64,000 nucleotides of DNA from Enoplolaimus lenunculus (taxonomy: Eukaryota), in NCBI GenBank assembly GCA_030248215.1, contig JASANG010003005.1, positions 310,001 to 374,000 on the forward strand, in the 5' to 3' direction. This document shows, piece after piece, positions 12,696 to 25,675 of this stretch; the first letter of the stretch is position 1; every line of letters begins with the position of its first letter. The notes beneath the pieces were generated by a model. That model ran no database searches, had not been told where the DNA came from, and saw only the letters and a list, made by a program, of their open reading frames with translations. A program made the translations under genes and the position numbers.

Positions 12696-13571
12696 TTCTA
12701 CAAAACTTTGTGGCTGTGGGCCCACATTCGCTGGGTAGAACTTTTACAACATCCCAATGCGGAAGTATAATTTAAGCCTATTTAAAAGTGTATTTTGTTT
12801 TTACAATTGGCTTAAATTATACTTCCGCATTGGGATGTTGTAAAATTTCTACCCAGCGAATGTGGGCCCACAGCCACAAAGTTTTGTAGAAATTTTACAA
12901 CATCCCAATGCGGAAGTATAATTTAAGCCTATTTAAAAGTGTATTTTGTTTTTACAATTGGCTTAAATTATACTTCCGCATTGGGATGTTGTAAAATTTC
13001 TACCCAGCGAATGTGGGCCCACAGCCACAAAGTTTTGTAGAAATTTTACAACATCCCAATGCGGAAGTATAATTTAAGCCTATTTAAAAGTGTATTTTGT
13101 TTTTACAATTGGCTTAAATTATACTTCCGCATTGGGATTTTGTAAAATTTCTACCCAGCGAATGTGGGCCCACAGCCACAAAGTTTTGTAGAAATTTTAC
13201 AACATCCCAATGCGGAAGTATAATTTAAGCCTATTTAAAAGTGTATTTTGTTTTTACAATTGGCTTAAATTATACTTCCGCATTGGGATGTTGTAAAATT
13301 TCTACCCAGCGAATGTGGGCCCACAGTCACAAAGTTTTGTAGAAATTTTACAACATCCCAATGCGGAAGTATAATTTAAGCCTATTTAAAAGTGTATTTT
13401 GTTTTTACAATTGGCTTAAATTATACTTCCGCATTGGGATGTTGTAAAATTTCTACCCAGCGAATGTGGGCCCACAGCCACAAAGTTTTGTAGAAATTTT
13501 ACAACATCCCAATGCGGAAGTATAATTTAAGCCTATTTAAAAGTGTATTTTGTTTTTACAATTGGCTTAAA
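12696..13571. repeat. 151-bp tandem array of hairpin units (44-bp stem, 30-nt loop, 44-bp stem, 33-nt loop), about 5.5 copies
   Basis: GTAGAA starts at 12735, 12886, 13037, 13188, 13339 and 13490. Confidence 0.95.
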
Positions 13572-13834
13572 AACCTTGTTTAAAATTTTGTATCCAGTAG
13601 TTTGACAGGATATCAGAGTTTTTTTGAACGTGGTGTTGAAACGCTGACCGCCTGTGAAATCCTCTTGGGCCACGTGTATTAAGCAAACATATATTTGATG
13701 TTTAAGAGCATAAAATTGCTTAAAGGGATTTTACATAGACGTTGTATACTGCGTAGTCAAAATTGCAAACACATATGGATCACAATACAGTAATAACTTG
13801 AATTTGTAAGTGTCTGTGATCGTATAGCCGAGTG

Positions 13835-14068
13835 GGCCAATGTAAACAATAGGGGCGAAACAGCATTATAAGCATGTTCCTAAGCTTAAGCCTAAGCCTA
13901 AGCCAAAGCGTAAAAATGAGCATATTCCTAAGCCTAAAGCATAAGTGTAACGAATGAACATATTCCTATCCCAAAAACTAAGCCACGCCAAAAAATTAGT
14001 GTAAAGCTCAAGCTTATTCTATTCTAGTCCCAGAGCAAAACGTTCCGCCCCTGATTTTTACATGAGCC
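13835..14068 (+). mobile_element. TTAGGC-carrying Merlin-like MITE (subtype iii)
   Basis: TSD GCCGAGTG/ACCGAGTG; GCCTAA arrays inside. Confidence 0.8.
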
Positions 14069-14542
14069 ACCGAGTGGAAAAACAGTTGTCTCCTGAGCAT
14101 GATAGGTTCTGTGCCTGCCTACCAGTGTCAGTTGTCAACAGATTGTGTTTTGAATTAAATTTAAGTCAGATCCAGCTAAACATGTTACAGGATCCCAAAA
14201 ATGCCGGCTGGACAGGAGGTGATTTCACACGACTTGGACGCGTGGCCAAAGCTTTTTTCTGAAAATTAAACTTTTTAAGGTGTGCCCGTTGGGTCAGTCT
14301 GGCTATTGGTCTGCCTTGATTTTAAGACTTTAGGTTTATTTGTAATTGCGAACCAAAAATTCATGGGTTCACCGTTAATTTACTGGTTCTATTATTAGTG
14401 CCGCTTTTAGAGGTTGCTTGTTTTCAATTGTGCAGAAACAAGCCTATGTTATGGTCGGTGGATAAAAATTTAACTTTAAAATTCAGAATTATGGTGGGCA
14501 ATCCGGCAAAGTTCACCGGATACGTAGGTTAAGAAAAACAAT

Positions 14543-14882
14543 GGCTGGGTTTCTGGAACCCTACTTAAGTACGACTTAGTACTTAAGTACGTGCTAAGTA
14601 ATTACTTAACGATTTTGTCGTTTTTAAAAGCGTACTTACGTTAAGTAAACACTTAAGTCGCTGACTATAAATTTACCATTCTGGCATACTAACTTTAGTC
14701 TAATAGTAATTGTAGACTCACGATGCCTTCTCAATATAACGCAAAATTGTTACTTTCTTGTTATGACAATAGCTGACATACGGCGTTTATTTGATTTTGC
14801 TCAAAATTTATGTATTTATTTAAGTCGTCAACTTTAAGTATAACTTCAGTAAATGCTTAAGCAAGATTTCGGAAACCCAGTC
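14543..14882. mobile_element. About 350-bp MITE with TIR GGCTGGGTTTC and ACTTAAGT-rich interior (PIF/Harbinger or ISL2EU-like)
   Basis: AAT on both sides here. Homologs at 43260-43620 and 55110-55476 (AT flanks); partial at 18283-18595 and about 36390-37061. Confidence 0.75.
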
Positions 14883-15686
14883 AATGTTGTTTAAAAATTT
14901 TTGTGTTTTGAATTTGGTAATTTTATAAATAATCCATGAATTGTTTGTTTGGACGAATTTGGTTTAATGGACAATCTTTTAAACTTGAGCCAAAATTGAA
15001 AACACTCGGTGAACGGCACAACTTTCATTCCACAACTTCACGCAAAACTGTAACAAAGCACAAAGCCGGAGCCACCGTCGATGTTGTGATGGAACTGGAA
15101 ACAGATTTGCCAATAAATCTGAAATTTGTCACTAGAAAACTCGTCGACTGGAAACTCGTGAAAGAACTTTTAGTGTCGACCATCTCACCGCCTCGAGTTA
15201 TCTGAAGCCTAGAAGATGGAACGTTGTGTTTTAGCTTTAAATTTTTCTTCTCGTCTGTATTAATTCACAGAGAGTTTGGTTTAGGTACACTGCAAAAAAT
15301 GGTGAGTCAAACTGACTATCTCCGAAATAGGCTTTTTCGGACTACACAAACTGAGTCGAAATTTGACTCCGCCAGAGTCAAATACGACTCAGACGAGTCG
15401 CGCATGAGTCGAATTTGACCACAAAAAGTTTATTTCGGAGAGAGTCAATTTGACTCACCGTTTTTTGCTGTGTACATACGGTGCATTTTGGCACCAGTCG
15501 ATGCTTAATCAGCTTTGATTCTATAGCTTGTATGGACTGGTGAACAGCAATTCGGCTTTGAGACGTCTGTAAGGCGCGTAGCCAGCCTATGTGGGGATAA
15601 TGGTAAAGAATTTATAATACAGAAGTTATTTCAAGCATCTAGCCCACTTCGTTCGCAGTTTTCTTCGTAGTTTTATTTGCACGTTA

Positions 15687-16100
15687 CTGTAGTGACCCAA
15701 ATAAGAGGGGGTTCATAAGAGGGGGTCCTATTTAGAGTCATAATCAATAGGAGTCCGTATCCCTAATAAGAGTCCGTAAGCGGATAGAGTCCCTAAACCC
15801 TAATTATAGCGCATAAATGCTTCCAGGACCAAGTAAACTTGAGTTCGAAACTTTAAACATACTTAAGTTTTGAAAGTAACATTCCAAGTATAAGTCACCT
15901 TGCATTATCGTTCAAGCTTTCCATGCAAGGCAAAAAACGTTTAATTGAACGGATATTTGCAATACCGGATATATATCAGTAAGAAAGGGTGGCGGAGGGC
16001 TGGTTGAAAAAATAACAGTCTGTAAACGAATAACAACGGGGGTACCCTCTCAAGTGGCCAAATAAATTTCAGTTGCAACCTCTTGTTCGGATCACTACAG
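15687..16100. mobile_element. CTGTAGTGACCC-TIR MITE
   Basis: TA|CTGTAGTGACCC...GGATCACTACAG|TA. Confidence 0.82.
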
Positions 16101-16834
16101 TATATGAGCGCTGCTACGGGGATCTAGTGATGGTATAAACGTTTCAAAACCACACCAAACTTAAATTTTTTATTTGAACCACCCAGCAATTTTAAAACTT
16201 TATAACTATGTCAAACTTTTCGTTCGCGTCGTTCGGACTACTGCAAAACATAGCAGCACTGGCGACTATCATTCATATCAGCTGCAATAAGCTGGTTTTG
16301 CAGAAAACGCTGATTTAGTATATTAAAGTTCAATTGATATCGCTTGCGAAAAGTGTGCAGTTGCAAAAAGGGGCCATGTCAACGATCACGGGCGAATAGC
16401 TTTTCTATGGGACTACAATAGAGTACGCTTACGATTTAGACTAATTTTTTTGTTTGGCTTAGGTTTAGGCTTAATCTTAGGCTTAGGCTTAGGAACACTG
16501 CAAATTGCAGTGAGTTGATTTTAACTCAGAATGAGATAAATCGCTTAGTCTGAGTTAGGACTATCAGAACTTTATAATTCAGAGTTGATTCAACTCTTTC
16601 TGATTTAATTAGTAAACTCTCTCGGAATAAACCCAGCACAGAGTGAGAATGAACTCAACTAAGAGTGAGTTATGGTACATTGTTATAAACTCAGGAATAA
16701 TTTGCTTTCCGTCTAAGTTGATCAATTAACTCATTAGAATTTACAGTGAATATGCTAATAATACTGTTCCGCCCCTGTTCTTTGCATTGGCCTGAACTGA
16801 CCAGATTTCCTCCATTCTCGGTGATAGGAAAACG

Positions 16835-17096
16835 GGCCCATGTATAGAACAGGGCCGGATCGTTTTCCGGAGGGCTATAATAGAGTCAGTTTAAGCTTCA
16901 GACTTAGTTTTTGGTTAGGCTTAGCCTTACGCTTAGGCTTAAAAATAGGCTCACCCATACGCTTAGGCTTAGACTTAGGCTTAGGCTTAAGCTTAGGAAT
17001 AGGCTCGTCCTCACGCTTAGACTTAGACTTAGGCTTAGGCTTTAGGCTTAGGAATATGCTTATACTACTGTTCCGGCCCTGTTCTATACATGGGCC
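16835..17096 (-). mobile_element. TTAGGC-carrying Merlin-like MITE (subtype i)
   Basis: Perfect TIRs GGCCCATGTATAGAACAGGGCCGGA; perfect TSD GGAAAACG. Confidence 0.9.
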
Positions 17097-17727
17097 GGAA
17101 AACGTCCTCAATCGCAGCATTCATAGTTGACATTTATTGTTGAAACAGAAATTTGTGATACGTGTCTGTAAAATTTCGTTACATTTAATGTACAGCTGTT
17201 TTGAAATTCACTTCCCTTAGTTTATTATGCGTCATTTTTTTGTTTCTATTTTTTTGTTTATATTTAAACATCCGGTAAAACAATTTTGAGGTGTTTTACG
17301 TTTCTGAAAACGTTTACAACCGAGTGCGCGTAAGTACACAAAATGCGGCGAAAAATTTCACAGCACGCAAACGATGTGGATCTTGCCACAAACAAAATAT
17401 ATGAACATTTTAATAGTAAAGTTTAAATTTTTCACTAAATTTTTGAAGTGGTTGTCAACTGTGAAATCCTGTAAGCATATAACGCAACAAAGAGTTGTGA
17501 GTCTCGTTTTAGAATGCGAGAGCAGGAAATTTAAGCTAAATTCTTGCTGAACGCTACGTTCAGTTCAATTTGTGTTTTAAATGAAGCAGTGTCATTGGTT
17601 GTTTTGCAGGATGTAATCGAAAAATTTGAAACATAGCGGACCCGGAGGTCGCGGTAAAATTTATGGAATTGGTTTTCACGTTAATTTATAAGTTGTGTGT
17701 AGTATCAAATATAGAAAATTAAAAAAA

Positions 17728-20700
17728 ATGTCTTATAAAATGCGTTATTTTCACGCACGGGGCCGAATGGAACCGATGAAAATGATGTTTGCGTATGCTA
17801 AAGTACCGCTTGAAATTGAAATTGTTGATAGAAACAAGTGGACAGAAATCAAGAACGGTAAACTTTATTGTTTTTTTTAAATGAATTTTTCATTAAAGTG
17901 ATGGCCAATGTTACTTTTAGGGCCGTAGCAGTAGATTAAGCGTATTGCTACGTCTAAGCCTAAGCCTAAGCGTTGCAAAAGCGTTTTCCTAAGCCTAGGA
18001 CTAAGCCTAAGCAAAAAAAATGTAGCTTAATATGTAAGCCTACTCTTTTACGGACCCACCAGAAACCGGACGGCCTTAAAAGTAACATGGACCATCACTG
18101 TATGGAACTGTCACGCTAAATGCGGTAACTTGCTTAACTTGTTCATAAGAGTCATCACAGCTTTTGTTATTAAAATTAAGTAAATACACAGCGGGGCTTC
18201 AAGAGACACGACTCTCACTTTTGAACAGAATTGCTGTTTTATACTATAATGACAACTGTAATTTTTTTCGGTATTTTTCATTGGCTGGGTTTCTGAAATC
18301 TTACTTAAATATTTCCTTAAGTAATGCTTAAGTAATTACTTAAGTCGGCAACTTAAATTTTCGACCACAACCAAAGATACACCAAATATCGGCCATTGCC
18401 AGGACAAAGAACTAATAGTTTTGCTTTATATTAAACAGACATCATGAGTCTACAATTTCAATTAGACCAAGGTTCGTATGCCTGAGCGGTTTAGTTTGTA
18501 GTATAGCAAATTTAGTCAGCGATTTAAGTATTTAGTTAACTTAAGTACGCTTTTAAAAACGGCACAATTCTTAAGCAATTACTTAGCCTGTATTTGTAAG
18601 TTTTGTTTTCAGTCCTCATCCGAACAGTTTTACATGGCTAAGAAACGAAATATTCACAATGCTTTTACTTTTCAGATCAGCCATTTGCCAGTTTACCAGT
18701 ATTTTGGGCCGATGGTAAAGAATTGTGCCAAAGTATTGCGATTATGCGCTTTGTTGCTCACAAGTTTGGTACTGCTATTTCAAACTGTCTTCGCAGCTTA
18801 AAGCTTGACTCATTTGCACATTTACACTTGTAGATTTTTTCGTGGCTTGGCTTAGGCTCGGCTCCTCTGGTTTGGGCTTATGTTTCGGAACGGATTACCT
18901 AAGCCTATAAGCCTATGCCTAAGCCTATAAGCGTAAGCCTAAGCCTAAATATTTGCCTACGCTGTACACCTTAGATGTGGCTTGAAATGTGTAATAGATC
19001 AGTTATTTATGTTTGTATATGTTGTAGATGAAATATATTGTTTTTGCCGTTAATATTTCTTATATCAAAAAAGTTTCGCGGTTTGTATAAATGTGGCTTA
19101 CTGGGAAATCTTGTTGTACTGTAGTGACCCGAATAAGAGGGGAGACTGATATTTATTTGGCCTCTCCAGAGGGAACCCCTCCTTGTTATTCAGTTACGGA
19201 CTGTTATATATTTTAACCCACGCTCCGCCGCCCTTCGTTACTGATATATATTTGGTACTGCAATTATCCGTTGAATTAAACGTTTATTTGTCTTGTGTCA
19301 ACAGCTTGAGTGACAATACAAGGTTATACTTAGGAATGTACTTTAAATTTTAAGTACGCTTTAAAGTTTAGAACTCAAATTTTATTTGGTCCTGGAGTCA
19401 TTTATGCACTACAATTAGGAATAACTGACATTTATGTACTCTAATTAGGGTTTAGGGACTCTATCCGCTTACGGACTCTTATTAAAGATACGGACTCCTA
19501 TTGATTCGGACGCAAAATGGGACCCCCCTCCTTTTACCCCCCTCTTATTCGGGTCAATACAGTATACGAAGCGTTTTTCTTTAAAAAGCCACTGGCAGAC
19601 CCGTTGCCAGGTTAATTGGCTAAAGGGTTCTAAACATTTTTCAGGTAGGGCATACAAGAGTTTTCGACGACTTACAAGCATGGTTGAAAATATTAGAACG
19701 AGGCCAAAATTCTTCAAGGAGTCTGAGCCTTCCTAGTTCCATCTGGTTACGGACCCGGCCACTGACGTATGCTTGGCAGGGCTTTATTGTAACATGAACC
19801 ATTCCCTGTCAAGTTGACATAATTTTCATTTTGCCCAACTTCCAAAGTTTTGCTTCATAGCCTAAGACTACAGATATTGGACCGAGGCGTAAGATGGTTT
19901 AGGTGTAAAATCATATAAACCTAAGATTGTGTTACCTAAAATCGCAGTTCTAAAATATTGCGTCAATAATTGTGATTTTTACTTCACAAACAGATTTTTT
20001 CCGCTTTTAAATACTGTAGTGACCCGAAACGAAGACGTGTGCCAGGGAGGCTAATAAGAGGGGCTCCCCATTGCGGGTGAAAAACAATGTGGGTCTTGAT
20101 GCCTAAATAGAATCGGTCAGTGGATGGAATCAATAAGCCGTAATCCGGATCCATAAAATAGACCGAAGCAGAAAATTGGCCTAGACTTGTCAAATATATA
20201 AAAGATATTTGACAATCTGCATTATACACTTTATTAAATCGAGACACAAAGATTAACGGGCATGCAATCAATAAAAATGCTTCAGAGCAGGTGAGTTTGT
20301 TCTGCGTAGAAAAATGAATATCAAAACAAGGGTGTAAGGTTCAACGACAAATGTTAATGATTTCAAAATAAATAACAGTCCGTAACCGAATACCAGGAAG
20401 GTATCCTCTGGAGAACGAAAATAAATATCAGTCGCCTCATTATTCGGGTCGAGACAATACAGTACGCAACCATTTTAGGGCTCGCTGGAACCGATGCATG
20501 GGAATGTGCGTTAGCTGATATGTACGTTGACGGGTATTATGATTTTTTCAACACTTGCTCCAAAGCTGTTGTTCCGATTCTGTTCACTGGAGATATGGCA
20601 AAAGCAGTAAGAATGAAAATTTATGCAGTCTTGAAAACGATTTATTGCCGAAAACAAAAAAAATTGCTACAAGACCGACAATTCGAGAAAACGGAATGTA

Positions 20701-22416
20701 AAATTGATACCCCGGAATTTTCTTATTCTAAAACAGACGGCATTCAGACCGTCTCAAAAATCACTAATGAATCAAACGATGTTGTATAGTGCTGACGTAT
20801 ACGAAGCCGTGTTAATACATTATTGTTTAAGCGAAAAATTTTCAGTTTACAATCTATAACCCCTTCTCACATTGAGTTGTCTATAGGCAACTCAGCGCAG
20901 TGTATATACGGTAAATAATATGTATAGCACCGTGTTTAACAATTGCAACACGTATACATATTACTAAATCACCACAAGACGTGAGAGCCCCCTCGGGCTC
21001 GAGCGTCAAGCTCCTATAGCTGAGTGGTGATGGTATATGCCTCCCACTCCAGTCACTGGAGTTCGAATCCTAGCATAAAAGTAGGTCTCAGGGGAAATAG
21101 AAAATATTCATGTGAGAAAGGGTTAAATGACGTTAATTTTAGTTATTTTGTCTTGTTTTAGAAGGAAGCATTCGCCGAACAACACAATGAAGTAGTGGAA
21201 CCGTTCCTTAATCGTTATGAAGACTTTCTGAAACGCAATGGGGGCACATGGTTCGTTGGTTCAAAGGTATAATTTCTACAAATTATTAAGAGGGGTATTG
21301 AATTTAAGGGTCTTTTCCGTTATACCAACAAGCTCGGTATCACTCAAAAATCGATGGATTTAAAAATTTTCTGCATATTTGACCTTCTCATGACATTCAC
21401 TGATCATTCCACGCCTAAATTTGAATTTCTGAAAAATTCGATTTTTTTAAAGTTCCAAGGTTCAGGAAATCATGACAAGCTCAGATACGCAAAAACAGAA
21501 TCAGTTTTGGGCAATTGCGGGCAGGAGGGGATATCAGAAAAGACTCGTATTTCATGCTAAACGTGTATTGAGATTCATATAAGGACAGTGGTTGTAATAA
21601 CGTTGGAATAAACAGCTTTACAATAATTAATTTTGAAATTGAAACAGTATAAATTACTCCGTTTGCCACAATTATCGTATTGTTGCGGATGAATGGAAGC
21701 GTTTTGTAAATTTGAAAACGCATATCAATTGTATATTAAACTACGCATATCAATTGTATATTAAACTTCACGACCAAATAATATCGGTCCATGTTTAGTA
21801 TAAGGGCCTAGCTACTAAACCTGATCCTTAGTCTTACACTTAAACCTAAGGTTGACTTAAGCCTAAACCCAAACATAAACCTAACAATTCCTGTTTATAA
21901 TTCCTCAACTGTCCATGTACACTGCAAAAAATGATAGTTCCAATTGACTTTATCTGAAATAAGCTTTCCGGACTACACAAACTGAGTCAAAATTCGTCTC
22001 CACCAGAGTCAAATTCGATTCAATGAATCGCTTAGTGAGTCGAATTTCACTCTGGCGGAGTCGAATTTGACTCAGTTAGTGTAGTCCAGAAAAGACTATT
22101 TTCCCAAGAGACAATTTGACTTACCATTTTTCGCAGTGCGTAAAGTGAACAGACCTTTTCTGTAATTAACACGGGCTTTCATGTTTTTCAATTTCAATTA
22201 TACAATACGTATTAAGCTGGTATAGCTTGAAACTATTTTTTGCAGGTCACATGGGTTGATTTTGCAATCGCTGAATTAATGCAAAGATATCAAGAATTAT
22301 TCGATGCAAATTTGCTCAGAAATTATCCAACCCTCAAGGCACATGAGACACGGGTGTTTTCACTTCCTGGAGTGAAAGAATACATTGCATCTCGAAGCCG
22401 GGACTTGTTCTATTGA
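17728..22416 (+). CDS. Sigma-class glutathione S-transferase, copy 2 (5 exons, 208 aa)
   Basis: Exons 17728-17857, 18676-18768, 20479-20606, 21162-21266 and 22246-22416. Same intron positions and phases as copy 1; open frame MSYKMRYFHARGRMEP...SRSRDLFY*. Confidence 0.93.
19119..19562. mobile_element. CTGTAGTGACCC-TIR MITE in GST2 intron 2
   Basis: TA TSD on both sides. Confidence 0.82.
20860..21122 (+). mobile_element. 263-bp piggyBac-like MITE with tRNA-like A/B boxes, in GST2 intron 3
   Basis: Near-identical to 24311-24573; flanks ATAA and TTAA. Confidence 0.85.
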
Positions 22417-22825
22417 ACTGGATAAAAAGATATAATTTTATGCGATTCTTATTTTGTACTTAGTCTCAAGAAAAAACCTGGGCAAATTTTACAACATCTT
22501 CTTCCGGTGACAACTGTTTACACCCCAGAGTGCTATCACAAATGCAAACTTAGGTTCGTTTGGCACCTTTTGACGGTATACCTTGATTCGTTTGAGGGAC
22601 AGGTAGCAGTGTCTCCGTAGGCGTGGCAGGTACCACCAATGCCACATGTGGTTTAATATGGTCATTTAAGGCCAATTTTGTTACTATCTTGCAGGGCGAA
22701 AATTCCGTTAGGTTTATGCTCAAAATTAGTTTTGAATTTTGTACAAATCGGGCAATTTTTCATTACAGATATGCTACACTTTCTAGATATGAAATATAAA
22801 AATAGGCTAAATACATTCAAAACCT

Positions 22826-23055
22826 GGTCCTTGTAAAGAACAGGGGCAGAACAGTATTATCAGCTTATTACCTAAGTCTAACCGTAATCCTAAGCCTAAG
22901 CGTATTCTAAGCCTAAGCGTAAGCGAAATAATGAGTTTATTCCTAAGCCTAAGCCTAAGCCTAAGCCTAAACCAAGCAAAAATTAGTTTAAAGCTTAAGC
23001 TTATTCTCTTCTAGTCCCACAGAAAACTGTTTCGCCCCTGATCTTCACATGGGCC
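22826..23055 (+). mobile_element. TTAGGC-carrying Merlin-like MITE (subtype iii)
   Basis: TSD CAAAACCT/CAAAACTT. Confidence 0.8.
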
Positions 23056-24310
23056 CAAAACTTTAACAAATTTGAGCACAAAGTGTAGTCTAGGGAATGT
23101 TTGCATATCTTAATTGTATTGGGAGAAAAATAAAACATGTTTAAAACTTTTATACTTCAGTTTCCGTTTCATGTATTCGTTGTTTTGATCTCTCTTAGGG
23201 TTTCGGGACTCTATCCGCGTACGGACTCGTATTAGGTATACAGACTCCTATTGATTCGGACTCAAAATGGGGACACCTCTCTTATTACCCTCTCTTATTC
23301 GGGTCAATATCGTAACCTCTGAGTCTAAGACCTCTACTTTAATGTTGAAGCATAGTATGAAAAAGTCCTTGAAAGCTACTAGAAAAGTATTATACCCAGC
23401 GATCTTATCATTTTCTGAAATCAATGTTCCAAAAACGTGCGCGTCTTGCGTGTGCAATTTACACCTATGCAAGCTGAATGTAAATAGTTCTCCGTTTCTA
23501 TATCCGGTAATGGTCAGTGTCTTTTTCCGGTATACCAGCCAAGAAAAATATGTATTGTTTTATAAACTTATAAATTTGCCACGTTCCAGGATCAGGATTC
23601 CTTATTAATTTTTAATATGGTGTAACCGGAATTATAAAATACCTGAACCGGAAAGTTCAAAAAATACCGAAACCGCCACCGAAACCGGAAAACAAAAAAT
23701 ACCTTTTACCGAGAAATTCAGTGTAACGCTATTTTATCGCTTTTAATGGCGAAAACACATCATTGGAACGTGAAAAATCCTGAAACAAATGCAGTAGCTG
23801 AAAACGTATGATCAGTTCTAAAGTATGACACAAATTTTTGAAATTTTGGCAATACACGCTCAGACAATTTTATGAAAATAAATTAGGATAACGTGCCAAT
23901 TTTGCTTAAATTTTCAAGTGAGAAAAATTCCAATACTGAAAATGCCGAAAAATTCCGGTCAAAACATACCGGGTTTAAAACGGATAGTGAAAAATACCGG
24001 ATTTTCCTACCGGAACCGGAATTTCGGTTGCACACTGGATAGAAGGGTTTTTTGCTATTGTTTGATTAACAGATGTTCATCGAAATTGATGTCTATCGTA
24101 AATAATCAAAAGCTTACCGACATTGTTTCAACAATCGGTTTAAAAGACCTATGCAAAATCTGCACTAATGATTCGTTTAGGTGCAAAACAAAACCATTTT
24201 TTTTAAATTACACACACCGATCGCACGTTTTACATATTTGTTTCTGTCATTTTAATCGCTATTCGTTTCCGGTATTTTTATTTTCCATTTATTCCATAGT
24301 GAAAGCTTAA

Positions 24311-24573
24311 CCCCTTCTCACATTGAGTTGCCTATAGGCAACTCAGCGCAGTGTATATACGTTAAATAGTATACATCGCACCGTGTTTAGCAATTGCAAC
24401 ACATATACTTAGTACTAAATCACCACAAGACGTGAGAGCCCACTCGGGCTGGAGCGTCAAGCTCCTATAGCTGAGTGGTGATGGTATACGCCTCCCACTC
24501 CAGTCACTGGAGTTCGAATCCTAGCATAAAAGTAGGTCTCATGGGAAATGGAAAATATTCATGTGAGAAAGGG
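24311..24573 (+). mobile_element. 263-bp piggyBac-like MITE with tRNA-like A/B boxes
   Basis: TTAA|CCCCTTCTCACAT...ATGTGAGAAAGGG|TTAA; A-box TAGCTGAGTGG 24468-24478; B-box GGAGTTCGAATCC 24509-24521. Confidence 0.88.
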
Positions 24574-25675
24574 TTAAAATAACTGAACTTATACCTTTTC
24601 CAGGATTTGGGTATTTCGTTTAAACCTCTTGACTTCATTTTCGCACGCGTGACTACTTCTCCCCACTTAAATTGCGAGGCCAAATTTTCTCCAATTAGAC
24701 TGGACTATGCATAAATCTATTTGAAATGTTTATTTTGGAGTGGCCCATGCAACAAGGTGTAGAATGGAGGTGGGATTAAATATTCCCGGCGCATAACATC
24801 CGTGACCTTTGTAGCGGATTCTGTACTGGAGGTAAAAATTCGTAAGGAATGTTGCGGGCTACACACGAAACAGTATTTCTGAATTTATTCAGAAAAGTAT
24901 CTTCTGTGACAGATTTGAAAAGTTTTTCTGATATTTAAGATAATTTTTCTAAAAATAACTGGAAAACGTTTATTTTCAGACTTTGTTTCAAAATTTTCTG
25001 AAATATTTTCTGTTATAACAGAAATTACATTTCAAGTGCACCTTGCGAATTATATTTCTTAAATGTAAGAAATTTTTTCTTCAATATCAGAAATATTATT
25101 TTGAATGTTTACTTTTGCAGCAAGGTTGAACTAAACTTGCGCTTTGCAGATAACACTAAAATACCGATAAGGCTGTTAAGTTTTAGTAGTGTCGCTTCTG
25201 AAACTTTCCGACCCAAAATAAACAATATGTTTTAACAGCTATTTTATTTGTTTAGTCAATACTGTATATTATTTTGCAAATGCAGTTACTACAAAGATGT
25301 ATTTACCATTTGTATCATCACCTATCGACAAAATGGTTAAGTAATTTTAGCACGTAATATACTAAGTTAGTAGGGTTTCACAAACACAACCATTGCGTAG
25401 CACTATTCATGGGAGAATACATGAATTTCCGGTGCTGAGCTTCTATGTTGACTTAGTTTACTCCTTAGCTCTAAGATAAACTTTCCTAGTATTTCACTAG
25501 ATGTTTAGTGTGTTTTTTAAAATACTTGTATATAACTAAATTGACAAGCGTATGCAGAAACTGGCAAAAAATTTACCGCAGATGAAAACAATGAATGTTG
25601 TCACACGAAATGTTAACATTTTAACACGAGTGTTAGATTTAGCTTGTTTTTTCATTTAAAAACGAAAATTTTAGT

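Noticed and set aside
12696..13571. CRISPR-like array
   Set aside because: The 'spacers' are identical, the host is eukaryotic and there are no cas genes.
13812..14210. SINE head (A-box-like TAGCCGAGTGG) interrupted by the MITE at 13835
   Set aside because: No convincing B box or tail; similarity to other segments is too weak to call.
24461..24535. Functional tRNA gene
   Set aside because: A and B boxes are present but the acceptor and anticodon stems do not pair, and it is embedded in a multi-copy TIR element.
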